From: Candidatus Latescibacterota bacterium
GTDB taxonomy: Bacteria; Latescibacterota; UBA2968; GCA-2709665
Assembly: GCA_963667175.2 (NCBI GenBank)
Contig: CAXXXF010000015.1
Coordinates: 800,001 to 864,000 of the forward strand
DNA: 64,000 nucleotides
Direction of reading: 5' to 3'
Part shown: positions 28,318 through 38,720 of the stretch, one piece after another
Position numbering within the stretch: position 1 is the first letter of the stretch
Layout: every line of letters begins with the position of its first letter
The notes under the pieces: model-generated
Seen by the model: only the letters and a program-made list of their open reading frames with translations
Databases searched by the model: none
Told to the model about the DNA's origin: nothing
Made by a program: the position numbers and the translations under genes

Positions 28318-29664
28318 TCACCTGTGCGTCTGAAGCGCGTCGTCGACGGCCGAGACCAGTTGGTCGACGTGTTGATTTTCCATCGGCAATGAGACGCTGC
28401 CGCCGAATTTCCAGTAGATCCCCCGGTTGAGCAGGGCGAAGAACAGCCATCGGTGCAACTGCTGGTTGTCGCGGGCGGCCTCCCGGTAGTTGCGGGGTTT
28501 TTCGGATAGAAAATGGACGCGGAACAGGGAACCGGCGGTCGTCACCCGGGCCTGAAGGCCGGCGACCCGAAAAACGCCTTCGAGCCGGCCGGCAAGGCGC
28601 CGGGTGAGCGTATCCAGCCTTTCGTAGGCTTCCGGCGTGAGCAGGCGCAGGGTGGTGAGGCCCGCGACGATGGCGATGGGGTTGGCGTTGTACGTGCCGG
28701 AATGGGGAATCCGCGGAGCGCCGCCCGTGGGATTGTAGAGGTCCAGGACGTCGGAGCGTCCGCCGACCACGGCGCCGGGGGCGCCGCCGGCGACGACCTT
28801 ACCCAGGCACGTGAGGTCCGGGCGCACGCCGTACGTTTCCTGCGCGCCCCCGCGCGCAATGCGGAAGCTCACGATTTCGTCGAAGATGAGCAGGATGCCG
28901 GCGCGTTCCGTGATTTCGCGGAGACGCGAATGGAAGCCGTTGACCGGAAGGGTAAACCCGGCTGCCGTTGAAAGCGGATCGACCACCACCGCGGCCAGTT
29001 CGTTCCGGTGTTCGTTGATGATCGTCTTGCAAGCGTCCGCGTTGTTGAACGGGAGGACAACGACATTGTCGACGGCCTCGGGCGTCAGGCCGCGTGAAGA
29101 AGGCACGGATTCAGGCCTGTCGGGAGGCCCCAGCGTCCCATCCACGGGAGGGAGATAACTGACCATGGCGTATTCGTCCATTCCGTGGTACGCGCCTTCG
29201 AATTTGGCGATTCTCGTTCTGCCGGTGAAGGCGCGGGCGGCGCGGATGGCATTCAGGATGGCTTCGGTTCCCGAGCTGCAGAAGCGTACCTTTTCAAACG
29301 AACCGACGCGGTTCTTCAGAACTTCGGCCATTTCGACTTCGAGGGCCATAGGCCGCGAAAAGCCGGTACCCAGGGATATCCGGTCCGTGAGTGCGCCGAC
29401 GATTTCCGGATGGGCGTGGCCCAGGATGAGGGCGGTGTTGTTGTTCACGAAGTCGAGCAGGCGATGGCCGTCCAGATCGATGAGGTGGACGCCTTCGCCG
29501 CGTTCGGCGTAGACCGGGTACGGGTCGAAGTGCACGCCTGTGCGCGTATTTCCGCCCGGCAGAGACGCCTGTGCGCGTCTGAACATCTCCCCGGAACGCG
29601 GGTGGTTGTCCATGTACTCGGCAATCTGTCTGTCCAGCGATGCCCGTACGACCGTTGCGTCCAT
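28318..29664 (-). CDS. Class III PLP aminotransferase (GSA-aminomutase-like paralogue)
   Basis: LPGGNTR, FCSSGTEA, KFEGAYHG, LLIFDEIVSFR, PDLTCLGKVVAGG, HSGTYNANP. Confidence 0.88.
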   Translation of the reverse strand: MDATVVRASLDRQIAEYMDNHPRSGEMFRRAQASLPGGNTRTGVHFDPYPVYAERGEGVHLIDLDGHRLLDFVNNNTALILGHAHPEIVGALTDRISLGTGFSRPMALEVEMAEVLKNRVGSFEKVRFCSSGTEAILNAIRAARAFTGRTRIAKFEGAYHGMDEYAMVSYLPPVDGTLGPPDRPESVPSSRGLTPEAVDNVVVLPFNNADACKTIINEHRNELAAVVVDPLSTAAGFTLPVNGFHSRLREITERAGILLIFDEIVSFRIARGGAQETYGVRPDLTCLGKVVAGGAPGAVVGGRSDVLDLYNPTGGAPRIPHSGTYNANPIAIVAGLTTLRLLTPEAYERLDTLTRRLAGRLEGVFRVAGLQARVTTAGSLFRVHFLSEKPRNYREAARDNQQLHRWLFFALLNRGIYWKFGGSVSLPMENQHVDQLVSAVDDALQTHR

Positions 29665-29815
29665 GCATTCCTCGTTGCGATTGCCGCGGGCGTCGAAGAT
29701 GGAGAGGGGAACTTCCGCCCGCCGATTCCTCTGAACGTTTCATAATACCGAAAAACATCACGCCATTTCAACTGTTGTTTGCAGGCTCTGGCGAGGGGTT
29801 GCAGGGCGGAAGGGG

Positions 29816-29844
29816 TTGACTTGCCCCGGATACAGGTGTAGCAT
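29816..29844 (+). promoter_or_regulatory. Putative sigma70 promoter of the PhyH operon
   Basis: TTGACT-17 nt-TAGCAT. Confidence 0.45.
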
Positions 29845-29845
29845 A

Positions 29846-29880
29846 TAGCAGTCCGGATGGACTTTGTCAACGGGCTGCTA
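29846..29880. mobile_element. Internally deleted mini-copy of the MITE-like element
   Basis: tagcagtccggatggactttgtcaacgggctgcta retains both ends of the element seen at 56382 and 62767, in reverse orientation. Confidence 0.55.
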
Positions 29881-29933
29881 TGGTGTGTTTCAGTCCGGCT
29901 GGCGTGATTTCGACGTTGGATGGAGGTGTCGTT

Positions 29934-30920
29934 ATGGCGGGTTTTTCGGGCGACGGGTTGCCGCGGCTTACCGACGACCTGTCGGTGGCGAAGGCAGACA
30001 TCGAGCGATTCGGATATTGTCTGCTGAAGGACGCGTTGAGACAGGATCAGGTGGCGGCCATGCGGGCGAGGCTGGTGGAGCAGGCGGCGGCGGAGAGACA
30101 ACTGGGCGCCGCGTACGAAGACGGAGGACCGGACCAGAATTGGGGGTCTTTCCGGGACGAAACCGGTCGGGTGCGGCCGGACGCCTTCACGGCGGCCGCC
30201 GGGGGCGTCAACCAGCGGCTGTGGATGTTGATCAACAAGGGACGGGTGTTTCACCAGGTGTTGTTTCAGGAACGGGTGCGAGAGGTGATCAGCCACGTTC
30301 TGGGCGAGGAGTACCTGCTTTCCAGCTTTACGGCAAATATCGCCAAACCCGGCGGCGTGGAGATGGATCTGCACACCGACCAGTGGTGGATGCCCTCGCC
30401 CACGCGCCCCGGCAGGAAGGCGTTGCCGGTGGGTTCGATTACGCGAGAGCGGTTCGACGCAGACGGAGAAGGCGGGCCGCAGATGATCGCGCCGGCAGCA
30501 GCGGTGAACGTGTTGTGGATGCTCGTGGAATTCACCGCCGGAAACGGGGGGACGCGCGTTGTGCCTGGCAGCCACCTGTTCGGGAGGCAGCCGGACGGGA
30601 ATTCGAACGCGGGGGCGGTTGCCGCGGAAGGACCGGCCGGCACGGCCCTGGTCATCGACGCGCGCATCTGGCATGGCACCGGGGCCAACGTGACCGGGGG
30701 CGAAAGGCTTGCAATGCTCACGACCTTCTGCGGGCCGCAGTTCCGACCCCAGGAAAATCTCACCGTGGGTACCTCGCCGGAGGTGTTGACCGACGCCTCT
30801 CCCGGGTTGCTGGCGCTGCTGGGATTCAAGGTATGGAACGCGTACGGCCGTATCGAAAACCCGGCGGTGGAGTTCATTTCGCCTGGCGAATCGTCGCTGG
30901 GAGAACTGCGGCCGGAGTAG
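29934..30920 (+). CDS. Phytanoyl-CoA dioxygenase (PhyH) family Fe/2OG oxygenase
   Basis: LHTDQ (HxD), NGGTRVVPGSH, GPAGT...D.RIWHG.G.N. Confidence 0.88.
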   Translation: MAGFSGDGLPRLTDDLSVAKADIERFGYCLLKDALRQDQVAAMRARLVEQAAAERQLGAAYEDGGPDQNWGSFRDETGRVRPDAFTAAAGGVNQRLWMLINKGRVFHQVLFQERVREVISHVLGEEYLLSSFTANIAKPGGVEMDLHTDQWWMPSPTRPGRKALPVGSITRERFDADGEGGPQMIAPAAAVNVLWMLVEFTAGNGGTRVVPGSHLFGRQPDGNSNAGAVAAEGPAGTALVIDARIWHGTGANVTGGERLAMLTTFCGPQFRPQENLTVGTSPEVLTDASPGLLALLGFKVWNAYGRIENPAVEFISPGESSLGELRPE

Positions 30921-30924
30921 CGCT

Positions 30925-31188
30925 ATGGCCCCCCGGGAGCGGGTTGAGCGCAGGACCGTCTCGATCCACTGCGCCAGATGCCGGACGTTGCTCTACAAGT
31001 ACCGTAAAGGCGGCAGTGGCGGGCTGGTCAAGTGCTTCGTGGAACGGATTGTGAAGGACTTCACCCACGGTGATCTGAAATGCCCGGACTGCGGCCAGGC
31101 ATTTGCGAGGGATCGGATGATGGGCGGGCGGCCGGCGCACAAGATCATCCAGGGCAAGGTGTTTACCCGGGGGACGTCGAGGCGGTAA
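30925..31188 (+). CDS. Small zinc-ribbon hypothetical protein
   Basis: CARC..LYKYRKGGSGGLVKC..RI..CPDCG. Operonic between PhyH and msrA. Confidence 0.7.
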   Translation: MAPRERVERRTVSIHCARCRTLLYKYRKGGSGGLVKCFVERIVKDFTHGDLKCPDCGQAFARDRMMGGRPAHKIIQGKVFTRGTSRR

Positions 31189-31212
31189 TCCAACATCACG
31201 ACGGAGACGACA

Positions 31213-31752
31213 ATGGCCGAACAACTGGCGACGTTCGGAGGGGGATGCTTCTGGTGCGTGGAAGCGGTTTATCAGGACCTGAATGGGGTGCTGGAGGTGG
31301 TTTCCGGCTATGCGGGAGGATCGGTTCCGAATCCGAACTATCAGGAGGTGTGCGAGGGAACCACGGGCCATGCCGAGGTGGCGCAGATTCGATTCGATCC
31401 TGAATCGGTTTCCTACGGGGACCTGCTGGACGTGTTCTGGCGCACACACGACCCCACAACGTTGAACCGCCAGGGGGCGGACGTGGGCACTCAGTACCGG
31501 TCGGTGATATTCCATCACGACGAGCAACAGCGGGCGGAAGCGGAACGATCCATGGCGGAGACGGATGCGTCGGACCTCTGGGCGGATCCGATCGTGACCG
31601 AGATCTCGCCGCTCACGGAATTCTACAGGGCCGAGGAATACCATCAGAACTACTACCGTTCGAATCGCGCCCAGCCGTATTGCATGTTCGTGATCGATCC
31701 GAAGATGCAGTGGTTCAGAAAAGCGTTTCAGGAACGATTGAAGACGGGGTAA
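31213..31752 (+). CDS. msrA: Peptide-methionine (S)-S-oxide reductase
   Basis: GGGCFWCVE, GTTGHAE, HDPTTLNRQGADVGTQYRS, AEEYHQNYY. Confidence 0.97.
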   Translation: MAEQLATFGGGCFWCVEAVYQDLNGVLEVVSGYAGGSVPNPNYQEVCEGTTGHAEVAQIRFDPESVSYGDLLDVFWRTHDPTTLNRQGADVGTQYRSVIFHHDEQQRAEAERSMAETDASDLWADPIVTEISPLTEFYRAEEYHQNYYRSNRAQPYCMFVIDPKMQWFRKAFQERLKTG

Positions 31753-31756
31753 CGGG

Positions 31757-33982
31757 ATGCCCGACAGGCGGTATGGATTCAGGCTGGCGGTGACGTCTGC
31801 GCTGCCCGTGGATCTGGGGCGCATTCCGATGTCGGTGGAGATCGATTTCGGCAGTATCGCGCGGCAGGTCGACGCCACGGGTGTTTTCGACCCGAATTCC
31901 ATTGAAGTCATCAATGCGGTTTCCGGTGCGGCGGTCGCGTTCGCCCGCACCGAGGATTTCGCCTATGGCGACCGGGGAAGGATCGAATGGACGATCGACG
32001 ATCCTACCCATACGGAGTACGAGATCCGCTTTGGCGCCGCGCCCGAGAGACCGCCGTTGCGGCCGCAGGAGCACACGCCCATGATCGGCGTCGGAGATCT
32101 GCTGCGGTACAATGCAGGAGCGCCCCGGCCGATTACACTCGCCCATTCGATGCGTCTCGTTGACGTCACCGGTAACGGTCGCGCCGATCTGGTGGGGTGC
32201 TGGAATTATTATTATCGTCCGGGGTCGCCTGTCAGCGGGATTGCCTGTTATCCTCGAACGGGGCCGGATGAGGACTTTACGTTCGGAAACCTCGCCAGGT
32301 TGCGGTACGTAGATCAGCCGGGATCGGGCGAACTCAGGCATTTCCCGGACGTGTACGCCGAGGCGGATTTTGCGGATCTGAACGGTAACGGGCTGCCGGA
32401 TATCGTGTACGCGGGGATGCTTGACGATGGCGTGACGGTCTACCTCAATTCAGAAACGCGCGACGGCGGCGGGCTGCCCGTCTTCGTGAAGGACATTGAG
32501 ATTCCTGCGCCGGTAGCACAGAACGCGGGGATTCAGATCGTCGATCTGAGCGGGAACGGCACCCTGGATTTGGTGGTCAACGGACATCATATCCGGAATC
32601 TGAATCCGGACGGCTGGCCGTTCATCGCCGCCGATCCGGTGGATCTCGCGGTTGGAAAGCAACTCGCGTTTATGGATCTGGACGGTGACGGCCTGCCGGA
32701 CGTGATGGCGTTGCCGGTAGGAGGCTGCGACCATGCGCTGACGTGGCGGAAGAATCTGGGCGGGGACCCGCCCCGTTTCGGGCCGGAGCATACGCTGGGA
32801 GACCTGAAGCCCGACTTCTGCAGCCGGCTCAGCACGGTAACGGACGGCAAACGGAGCGGGATTCTGGCGCAGCACGATATGTTTCAGAATCTCTCCTTCT
32901 ATGAATTCGTCGGAACGCCGGGCGGCCAACCACGTTTCGAAAACCGGGGAAGGGCCCTTTCGGTTTCCGCGGTGATGTCACTGAGCGATCAGTCGTGGCC
33001 CTGTTCGTGCGACTGGAACGGCGACGGGGTTTTCGACCTCGTCATCGGCGGGGGTTACGGGTGGCCTCGCGTGGTCGTCAACAACCGGAGCAATCAGCGA
33101 CCGGCCTGGTCGGAGCCGGAGTTAATTCGTTCCGAAGGACAACCGATCCGTGTGTTGCGCGACGATATCCTGCAAAGCAGCCACTGGCACAATATGGGGT
33201 ATCCCTATCCCGTATTCGTGGACTGGGACGGGGACGGTCTGCCGGACCTGATGCTCCCGAACGAAACGAACCGGATCGTCTGGTATCGAAATACCGGTAC
33301 CTTGAAGGAACCCAGGTTTGGCCCCCGCAGGTACCTTGAAGTGGATGGTTTCCCGGATTCCGATGAACTTCGGGCGGAATCGGGCACGGCTGCGTCCGAC
33401 GAGACCCGGCCCAACAGTCCCTATCCCCGCGACGAGCGCTCGCCCTTCTTCTGGAGGACCGGCGCGGCGTTCGCGGACTGGAACGGCGACGGGATGATGG
33501 ATTTTATCGCACACGACCATACGCGCAAAGCGACCCTGTTCCTTCAGTATCGGGACGACGACGGCCGCCGCCGGCTCAAGCACGGTGGCCATGTGCGCCT
33601 GGCGGACGGGCGGAAGATCGACGATTCCATTGTGGGCCGGACAAAGCACTGGACCGAGTCGTTCCGCGCCGTGGATTGGGACGGAAACGGGTTGATCGAC
33701 CTGGTGTATAACCTTGCGGGGACGGGGAAGATCTACCTGCTGCGCAACGTGGGGTCGGCGGATGCGCCGGTTTTCGATCTCCCGAGGAAATTCAGGTGCT
33801 ACGGCGAGGAGATCGCGTTTACCGTTCATGGCCCGAACGCGTGGCCTGGAGACTTGAATGGCGATGGAAAGCCCGATCTGCTGGGGTGTGTGGAGTGGAG
33901 CGTGTACCCCTTCTACTGTCACGCGGCCCTGGAGATGGCGCGTCACCCCGTGTACAGGATCGGTCCGGCGCGAAGCGTGTAG
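31757..33982 (+). CDS. FG-GAP/VCBS repeat protein
   Basis: Many DxxGDGxxD motifs (DLNGNGLPD, DLDGDGLPD, DWNGDGVFD, DWDGDGLPD, DLNGDGKPD). Confidence 0.85.
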   Translation: MPDRRYGFRLAVTSALPVDLGRIPMSVEIDFGSIARQVDATGVFDPNSIEVINAVSGAAVAFARTEDFAYGDRGRIEWTIDDPTHTEYEIRFGAAPERPPLRPQEHTPMIGVGDLLRYNAGAPRPITLAHSMRLVDVTGNGRADLVGCWNYYYRPGSPVSGIACYPRTGPDEDFTFGNLARLRYVDQPGSGELRHFPDVYAEADFADLNGNGLPDIVYAGMLDDGVTVYLNSETRDGGGLPVFVKDIEIPAPVAQNAGIQIVDLSGNGTLDLVVNGHHIRNLNPDGWPFIAADPVDLAVGKQLAFMDLDGDGLPDVMALPVGGCDHALTWRKNLGGDPPRFGPEHTLGDLKPDFCSRLSTVTDGKRSGILAQHDMFQNLSFYEFVGTPGGQPRFENRGRALSVSAVMSLSDQSWPCSCDWNGDGVFDLVIGGGYGWPRVVVNNRSNQRPAWSEPELIRSEGQPIRVLRDDILQSSHWHNMGYPYPVFVDWDGDGLPDLMLPNETNRIVWYRNTGTLKEPRFGPRRYLEVDGFPDSDELRAESGTAASDETRPNSPYPRDERSPFFWRTGAAFADWNGDGMMDFIAHDHTRKATLFLQYRDDDGRRRLKHGGHVRLADGRKIDDSIVGRTKHWTESFRAVDWDGNGLIDLVYNLAGTGKIYLLRNVGSADAPVFDLPRKFRCYGEEIAFTVHGPNAWPGDLNGDGKPDLLGCVEWSVYPFYCHAALEMARHPVYRIGPARSV

Positions 33983-34026
33983 ATCCCGGCGCACCGGCTC
34001 GCCGATGACGGCATTGTCTCCACAGT

Positions 34027-34878
34027 TCAATCCGTCGTCGAGGGTTCGGCGATGGCCTGCCGGCGGGCGTCGTCAAGCGCGCGGTAGCAGGATTCCGCGG
34101 CGTGCCACGGGTCGTAATCGGGCCGATTCCAGATCATGGCGCTGACTTCGGCGCTGACGGGTACTTCGGAACCGGCGTCGAGCAGGGTCTGGAAGTATGC
34201 GACGAGATCAAGGCTGCCCTGGCCGGGCAACAGGAAGGTCACGGCGCCGTCTGTCATGTACCCGTCCTTGACGTGAATGTGGACGGTATGCGGAAGGCAG
34301 AGGTCCGCCGCGCGTTTGAGGTCGATGCCCTGCACGTGAAAGTGGCTGTGGTCGAAGTGGATTTTGAGGTTGGGAAGTCGGGTATGATTCATCAGCCACG
34401 CCGCTTTCTCGGGCGTGTCGAAGAACGCGCCAACGTGCGGTTCCACGGCCAGGATCACATGATGTTCGGCTGCAATGTCCGCAAGTTCCACCAGGTCGGC
34501 GGCGACGGCTTCCCTGTCGGCCTCCCAGTCGCTGAGGGGACCGCTCACCGTGGTGGTGACGATGCTGTGGGAGTCGCCATGATTCAGTTCCGCGGCAAGG
34601 ATGCAATTCTGGATAAATCGAGTCCGCATCGCCCGCCGGTCGCTGCCCCGGACGCACGTGGCGACGGGTCCGAAGAGAGCCGGCGGCGGGAAGCCCAGAT
34701 CGCGCAACGTTCCGGCAAGTTTTCGCCGCGCGTTCCGGTCCAGCTTCCCGGGCGCGGTGGGCCATGCGTCGCCGACGGCGATTTCGACGGCGTCGTAGCC
34801 GATCGCGCGGATCTTCGGCAGGGCTTCGAATACGTCGACACGCTGTGTGGCGTAGGTGCTGAAACCGATCGGGATCAT
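34027..34878 (-). CDS. Sugar-phosphate isomerase/epimerase (xylose isomerase-like TIM barrel)
   Basis: GYDAVEI, LAVEPH, HFDHSH, HIHVKD, PGQGSLD, SAE. Confidence 0.85.
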   Translation of the reverse strand: MIPIGFSTYATQRVDVFEALPKIRAIGYDAVEIAVGDAWPTAPGKLDRNARRKLAGTLRDLGFPPPALFGPVATCVRGSDRRAMRTRFIQNCILAAELNHGDSHSIVTTTVSGPLSDWEADREAVAADLVELADIAAEHHVILAVEPHVGAFFDTPEKAAWLMNHTRLPNLKIHFDHSHFHVQGIDLKRAADLCLPHTVHIHVKDGYMTDGAVTFLLPGQGSLDLVAYFQTLLDAGSEVPVSAEVSAMIWNRPDYDPWHAAESCYRALDDARRQAIAEPSTTD

Positions 34879-34892
34879 ATCAAAACCGAATA

Positions 34893-35206
34893 AAGGAAGA
34901 AGGAAGAACGTGAAGAGCGGGAAGACGGTAGAGGTGAGACGGTAGAGGACGTCTTCGCCCGTTTGAGCCTTCCTTTATGCCTCCGGCAAGAGATAAAACC
35001 CCACGGGGCAATAAAACCTGTGAGACGTGAGACGGTAGAGGATTACGTTTCCACAGTGTTTTCACATTAACCGTGCGTGTTTTTTTATTGTTATCGTAAC
35101 GACAAAACAAAAACCATAGGGCACTGATATCATCTCCCCTCTCCCCTTGGGTAAGGGGCAGGGGAAAGGTTGCTTTTGATTCAAGCTGACTGCTGTACGC
35201 TGAACG
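34893..35206. repeat. Composite intergenic repeat: GAAGAAG/GAGACG runs + CCTCTCCC hairpin + GCTGAnn heptamers
   Basis: The left part matches 47287-47353. The right part matches 48374-48479, including an identical 19-mer gcttttgattcaagctgac. Confidence 0.7.
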
Positions 35207-35327
35207 CGAATGGCTGTTCTCTATCTTCGAGACCCGCCGGGTCGCGGTACTCGAAGATAGAGAACATAACGCATGTGTCAAGCGGCGATGAGGCAGGTAT
35301 GCCGGGATTTTGAGAAAGAGCTTCGAT

Positions 35328-36566
35328 ATGGAGCGGATCAACCTGGGTCTCGTAGGGTGCGGCGGCATGGGCACGCGGCACCTCTATGGTCTGCGGACGC
35401 TCGCACGGTCACCATTCAACAGGATCGAGTTGCGGGCGTTGTGCGACGTCAATCGGGAGAACGCCGAGTTGGCGGCCGTAGAAGCCAGGAAACTGCTCGG
35501 AGCGGAGCCGGCGATCTATACAGATTTGGAGGCAATGGCCGCTGCGACGCCGGAACTGCATGCTGTCGACGTGGTGACCGATCCTGCGGTGCATCACGAG
35601 GTTGTCTGCACGGCACTGGACCTGGGCCTGCATGTGATGGTGGAAAAGCCGATGGCGATTACCGTGCGGGCCTGTCTGATGATGATTCAGGCGGCGGAAC
35701 GGAACCGGCGCGTGCTTTCCGTGGCGGAGAACTACCGGCGGGACCCGTCGGCGCGTCTGGTCCGACATATGGTGGGCGCCGGCGCGATAGGGGTCCCGTA
35801 CATGGGCCTGTTTCACGAGGTGAGCGGGAGCGATCGGATATTCATTACCCCGTGGCGCCACCTCAAGAATCGCGGCGGGCCGCTGCTGGACATGGGCGTG
35901 CACTATACCGACCTGATCCGCTATCAATTGGGGGATATCCGCGACGTGTACGGCGACGTGCGGCTTGTGGAGCCGGTTCGGCGAAAGGCCGAGACGACGT
36001 GGAGGCCCTATGAGTTCTACCGGAAGCAATTCGAAAATATGGAACCCGTCGTCCGGGCCGACGCCGAGGATTCGTCCGTGGCGATGTTTCGAATGGCTGG
36101 CGGCGCCACGGTGAGTTGGGTGGTTGGCCTGGGAGGATACGGGGGATGCAGCGCACAGCTGATTCTTGGGACGGAGGGGTGCATGGAGGGATTCGGAACC
36201 CGCGGCGGACGGGTGCGGATGCGTCGCGGGCGGGGCGATTTCCAGGAACAGGAGGAGATGCTGGCATCCGCGGACGGCTTCGAGCTGGATCCCGTGTCGT
36301 CGCATTTCTTCCCGTCCGGGCAAACGTCGGCCGATCGCGAGGTCGACAGGAAGCTGCTTGCCATCGAGTATTACGAATTGGGCGAGGCCATTGCCGAGGG
36401 CAAGGCCGTGGAGGTGGACGGGTTGGAGGGAATGAAGGACGTGGCCGCGGTATACGCGGTGTTCGAGTCCGCGGCGGCGGGATCCACCGTGCGGGTGGCG
36501 GACGTGGAAAGCGGCGAAATCGACGCCTATCAGGCGGACATTGACGCGGCGCTGGGTATTTCGTGA
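35328..36566 (+). CDS. Gfo/Idh/MocA-family oxidoreductase
   Basis: GLVGCGGMG, HVMVEKPMA, VAENYR, GGPLLDMGVHYTD. Confidence 0.92.
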   Translation: MERINLGLVGCGGMGTRHLYGLRTLARSPFNRIELRALCDVNRENAELAAVEARKLLGAEPAIYTDLEAMAAATPELHAVDVVTDPAVHHEVVCTALDLGLHVMVEKPMAITVRACLMMIQAAERNRRVLSVAENYRRDPSARLVRHMVGAGAIGVPYMGLFHEVSGSDRIFITPWRHLKNRGGPLLDMGVHYTDLIRYQLGDIRDVYGDVRLVEPVRRKAETTWRPYEFYRKQFENMEPVVRADAEDSSVAMFRMAGGATVSWVVGLGGYGGCSAQLILGTEGCMEGFGTRGGRVRMRRGRGDFQEQEEMLASADGFELDPVSSHFFPSGQTSADREVDRKLLAIEYYELGEAIAEGKAVEVDGLEGMKDVAAVYAVFESAAAGSTVRVADVESGEIDAYQADIDAALGIS

Positions 36567-38027
36567 ATGGAGCGTGAAATGCCGGAAGATCGACCGAACG
36601 TGGTGTTGATCACCACCGATCAGCAACGCGGGGATTGCGTGGGTCTGGATCCGAACGCGCCGGAAGTCCTGCAGACCCCCAACCTCGATTGGCTGGGGGG
36701 AACGGGAGCATTTTTCGCGCGTGGATATTCGGAGTGCCCGAGCTGCATTCCCGCCAGGCGTTCCCTGATGACGGGTACGGCGCCCGCGGCCAATGGAGTT
36801 GTCGGATTTCAGCCGGCGGACTGGGAACCGGCGCATACCCTGGCGGGCGAACTTTCCAGGGCGGGCTATCAGACGGAGATGATCGGGAAGCTACACCTGT
36901 CGCCGGCGCGAAGGCGGTACGGATTCGACCATATGCAGCTCGCGGACGGGACGCGTGGGCGGGAAAACGACTACGTGGACTGGTTGCGCGAGCGTCACGG
37001 GCGTACGGAGGTGGACCCCGGTATGGCGCACGGGGCTTCGTCAAACGGCTGGGTGGGTCGGCCGCACCATCTGCCCGAGGAGCAGATGCATACGTTCTGG
37101 TGCGTGGACCGGGCCATGGCGTTTCTTCAGAAACGGGATCCGGCTGCGCCCTTCTTCCTGAATCTGTCCTTCATCGACCCGCATCCGCCGTTGACGCCGC
37201 CTCAGATCCATTATGACCGCTACGTCAATCGCGATTTGCCGGAACCCGTTGTGGGAGATTGGGCGCCCGAATTCGATGGGCCGCGGAAGGGGTTGGATCC
37301 CGACGCCTCGGAGATCTGTCTCAGTGCGCAGGACATGCAGTGCGCGCGCGCGGCGTACTACGGGATGGTGAATTTCATCGACGACCAGATCGGTCGGCTG
37401 ATTCAGTTCGCGCGGGGTCTGCTGAATGAGAGTCTTATCATCTTCACGTCGGACCACGGGGAAATGCTCGGGGACCATCACCTGTTCCGGAAAACGTGGC
37501 CCTACGAGGCGTCGGCGCGGGTGCCGTATCTGATCAGACCGCCGCGGAGCTGGGGGGCGCCGGAATCGGTGACCTGTCGAACGCCGGTGGGGATTCAGGA
37601 TATCATGCCGACAATTTTGGATGCCTGCGGCCTTGAAGTACCGGAGACCTGTACGGGAAGGAGCCTGGCGCCGGTGTTGCGCGGCGAATCGGAAGGCGTA
37701 CGCGACGTCTTGCACGGCGAGCATTCCGGGTGTTACGCGTACGAGCACGGAAATCACTATGTGACGGATGGGCGCCACAAGTACATCTGGTACACGCAGA
37801 CGGGCCGAGAGCACCTGTTCAACCTGGACGAAGACCCGCATGAAATGAAAGAGCTGGCGATGGACTACGGCGCGGAGGGACGGTTGGGGATCTGGCGAAA
37901 GCGGCTGGCGGGGTTCCTCAGAGACAGACCGGAAGGGTTCACGGACGGGGAGACGTTGATTGCCGGCCGGAAACATCGGTCGGTGATGCCGGGATACGAA
38001 CCGGCGAGGATGTTTCCGTTTCTTTAG
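36567..38027 (+). CDS. Formylglycine-dependent sulfatase (cytoplasmic)
   Basis: PNVVLITTDQQR, CIPAR (CxPxR), GYQT..IGKLH, PHPP, FTSDHGEMLGDH. Confidence 0.92.
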   Translation: MEREMPEDRPNVVLITTDQQRGDCVGLDPNAPEVLQTPNLDWLGGTGAFFARGYSECPSCIPARRSLMTGTAPAANGVVGFQPADWEPAHTLAGELSRAGYQTEMIGKLHLSPARRRYGFDHMQLADGTRGRENDYVDWLRERHGRTEVDPGMAHGASSNGWVGRPHHLPEEQMHTFWCVDRAMAFLQKRDPAAPFFLNLSFIDPHPPLTPPQIHYDRYVNRDLPEPVVGDWAPEFDGPRKGLDPDASEICLSAQDMQCARAAYYGMVNFIDDQIGRLIQFARGLLNESLIIFTSDHGEMLGDHHLFRKTWPYEASARVPYLIRPPRSWGAPESVTCRTPVGIQDIMPTILDACGLEVPETCTGRSLAPVLRGESEGVRDVLHGEHSGCYAYEHGNHYVTDGRHKYIWYTQTGREHLFNLDEDPHEMKELAMDYGAEGRLGIWRKRLAGFLRDRPEGFTDGETLIAGRKHRSVMPGYEPARMFPFL

Positions 38028-38235
38028 AAGCTACTTAGGTTGAATCCCCACGGCCGGCGCGACCCGAAGCCCAACGGACCGTTCGCCGGCGCTGATGGTT
38101 TCAATTGCCGGGGCCGGTCACGCCCGCTATATTTCAGCGATGGTTCCTGCGCGATGTTCAGTCTGATGCATCGCGTATACGGCAATCGCGCCGAACTCGT
38201 GAAACCCTATCGGTCCAGAGAAAGGAGAAGCGGGA

Positions 38236-38664
38236 ATGGATTCGTTCAAACGCATCGTCGGTGTCTATCTGATCCTCGTGGCCGCCGTGGTTGCCATCCA
38301 CACGGTCGCCGAACCGCTGTATTACACGTCCACTGAGGCAAGTCCGTACAGCCCGCACTGGAACAAGATCAACGCGCTTATGGTGCTGGCGATCGTATTG
38401 GGTCTGGTTTTTGGGTGCATGCGCAAGCGAAGCGTTGGCGGCGAGGAAGGAAGCGCGGTTACCCGGGAGTACCTGGAAGCGCACGTCCTGTTCTACGGCC
38501 TTCTTTTTGTCGGAATCCTGTTTTTCTGGAATTTCTTCAACCTGCACAGTCCCGGCTTTACGGCGATTGCGCACGAGATCGTATCGGCGGTGTGGATTTT
38601 GATCGACGCCGCCCTGCCGATCATCCTGGGCGCAATGGGCGCCTCTCTGCTCAGATCCCGGTGA
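38236..38664 (+). CDS. Hypothetical membrane protein (4 TM)
   Basis: RBS aaggag and four hydrophobic segments. Confidence 0.7.
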   Translation: MDSFKRIVGVYLILVAAVVAIHTVAEPLYYTSTEASPYSPHWNKINALMVLAIVLGLVFGCMRKRSVGGEEGSAVTREYLEAHVLFYGLLFVGILFFWNFFNLHSPGFTAIAHEIVSAVWILIDAALPIILGAMGASLLRSR

Positions 38665-38720
38665 AAATTCCCAATACAGCACGCCTGGCGCATGACTGGC
38701 GCACCCGCGAGGTGAATGAA

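Noticed and set aside
28318-29664. Calling this gene hemL
   Set aside because: The N-terminal motif is PGGNTR rather than PGGVNSPVR and the context is not heme synthesis, so it is treated as a paralogue.
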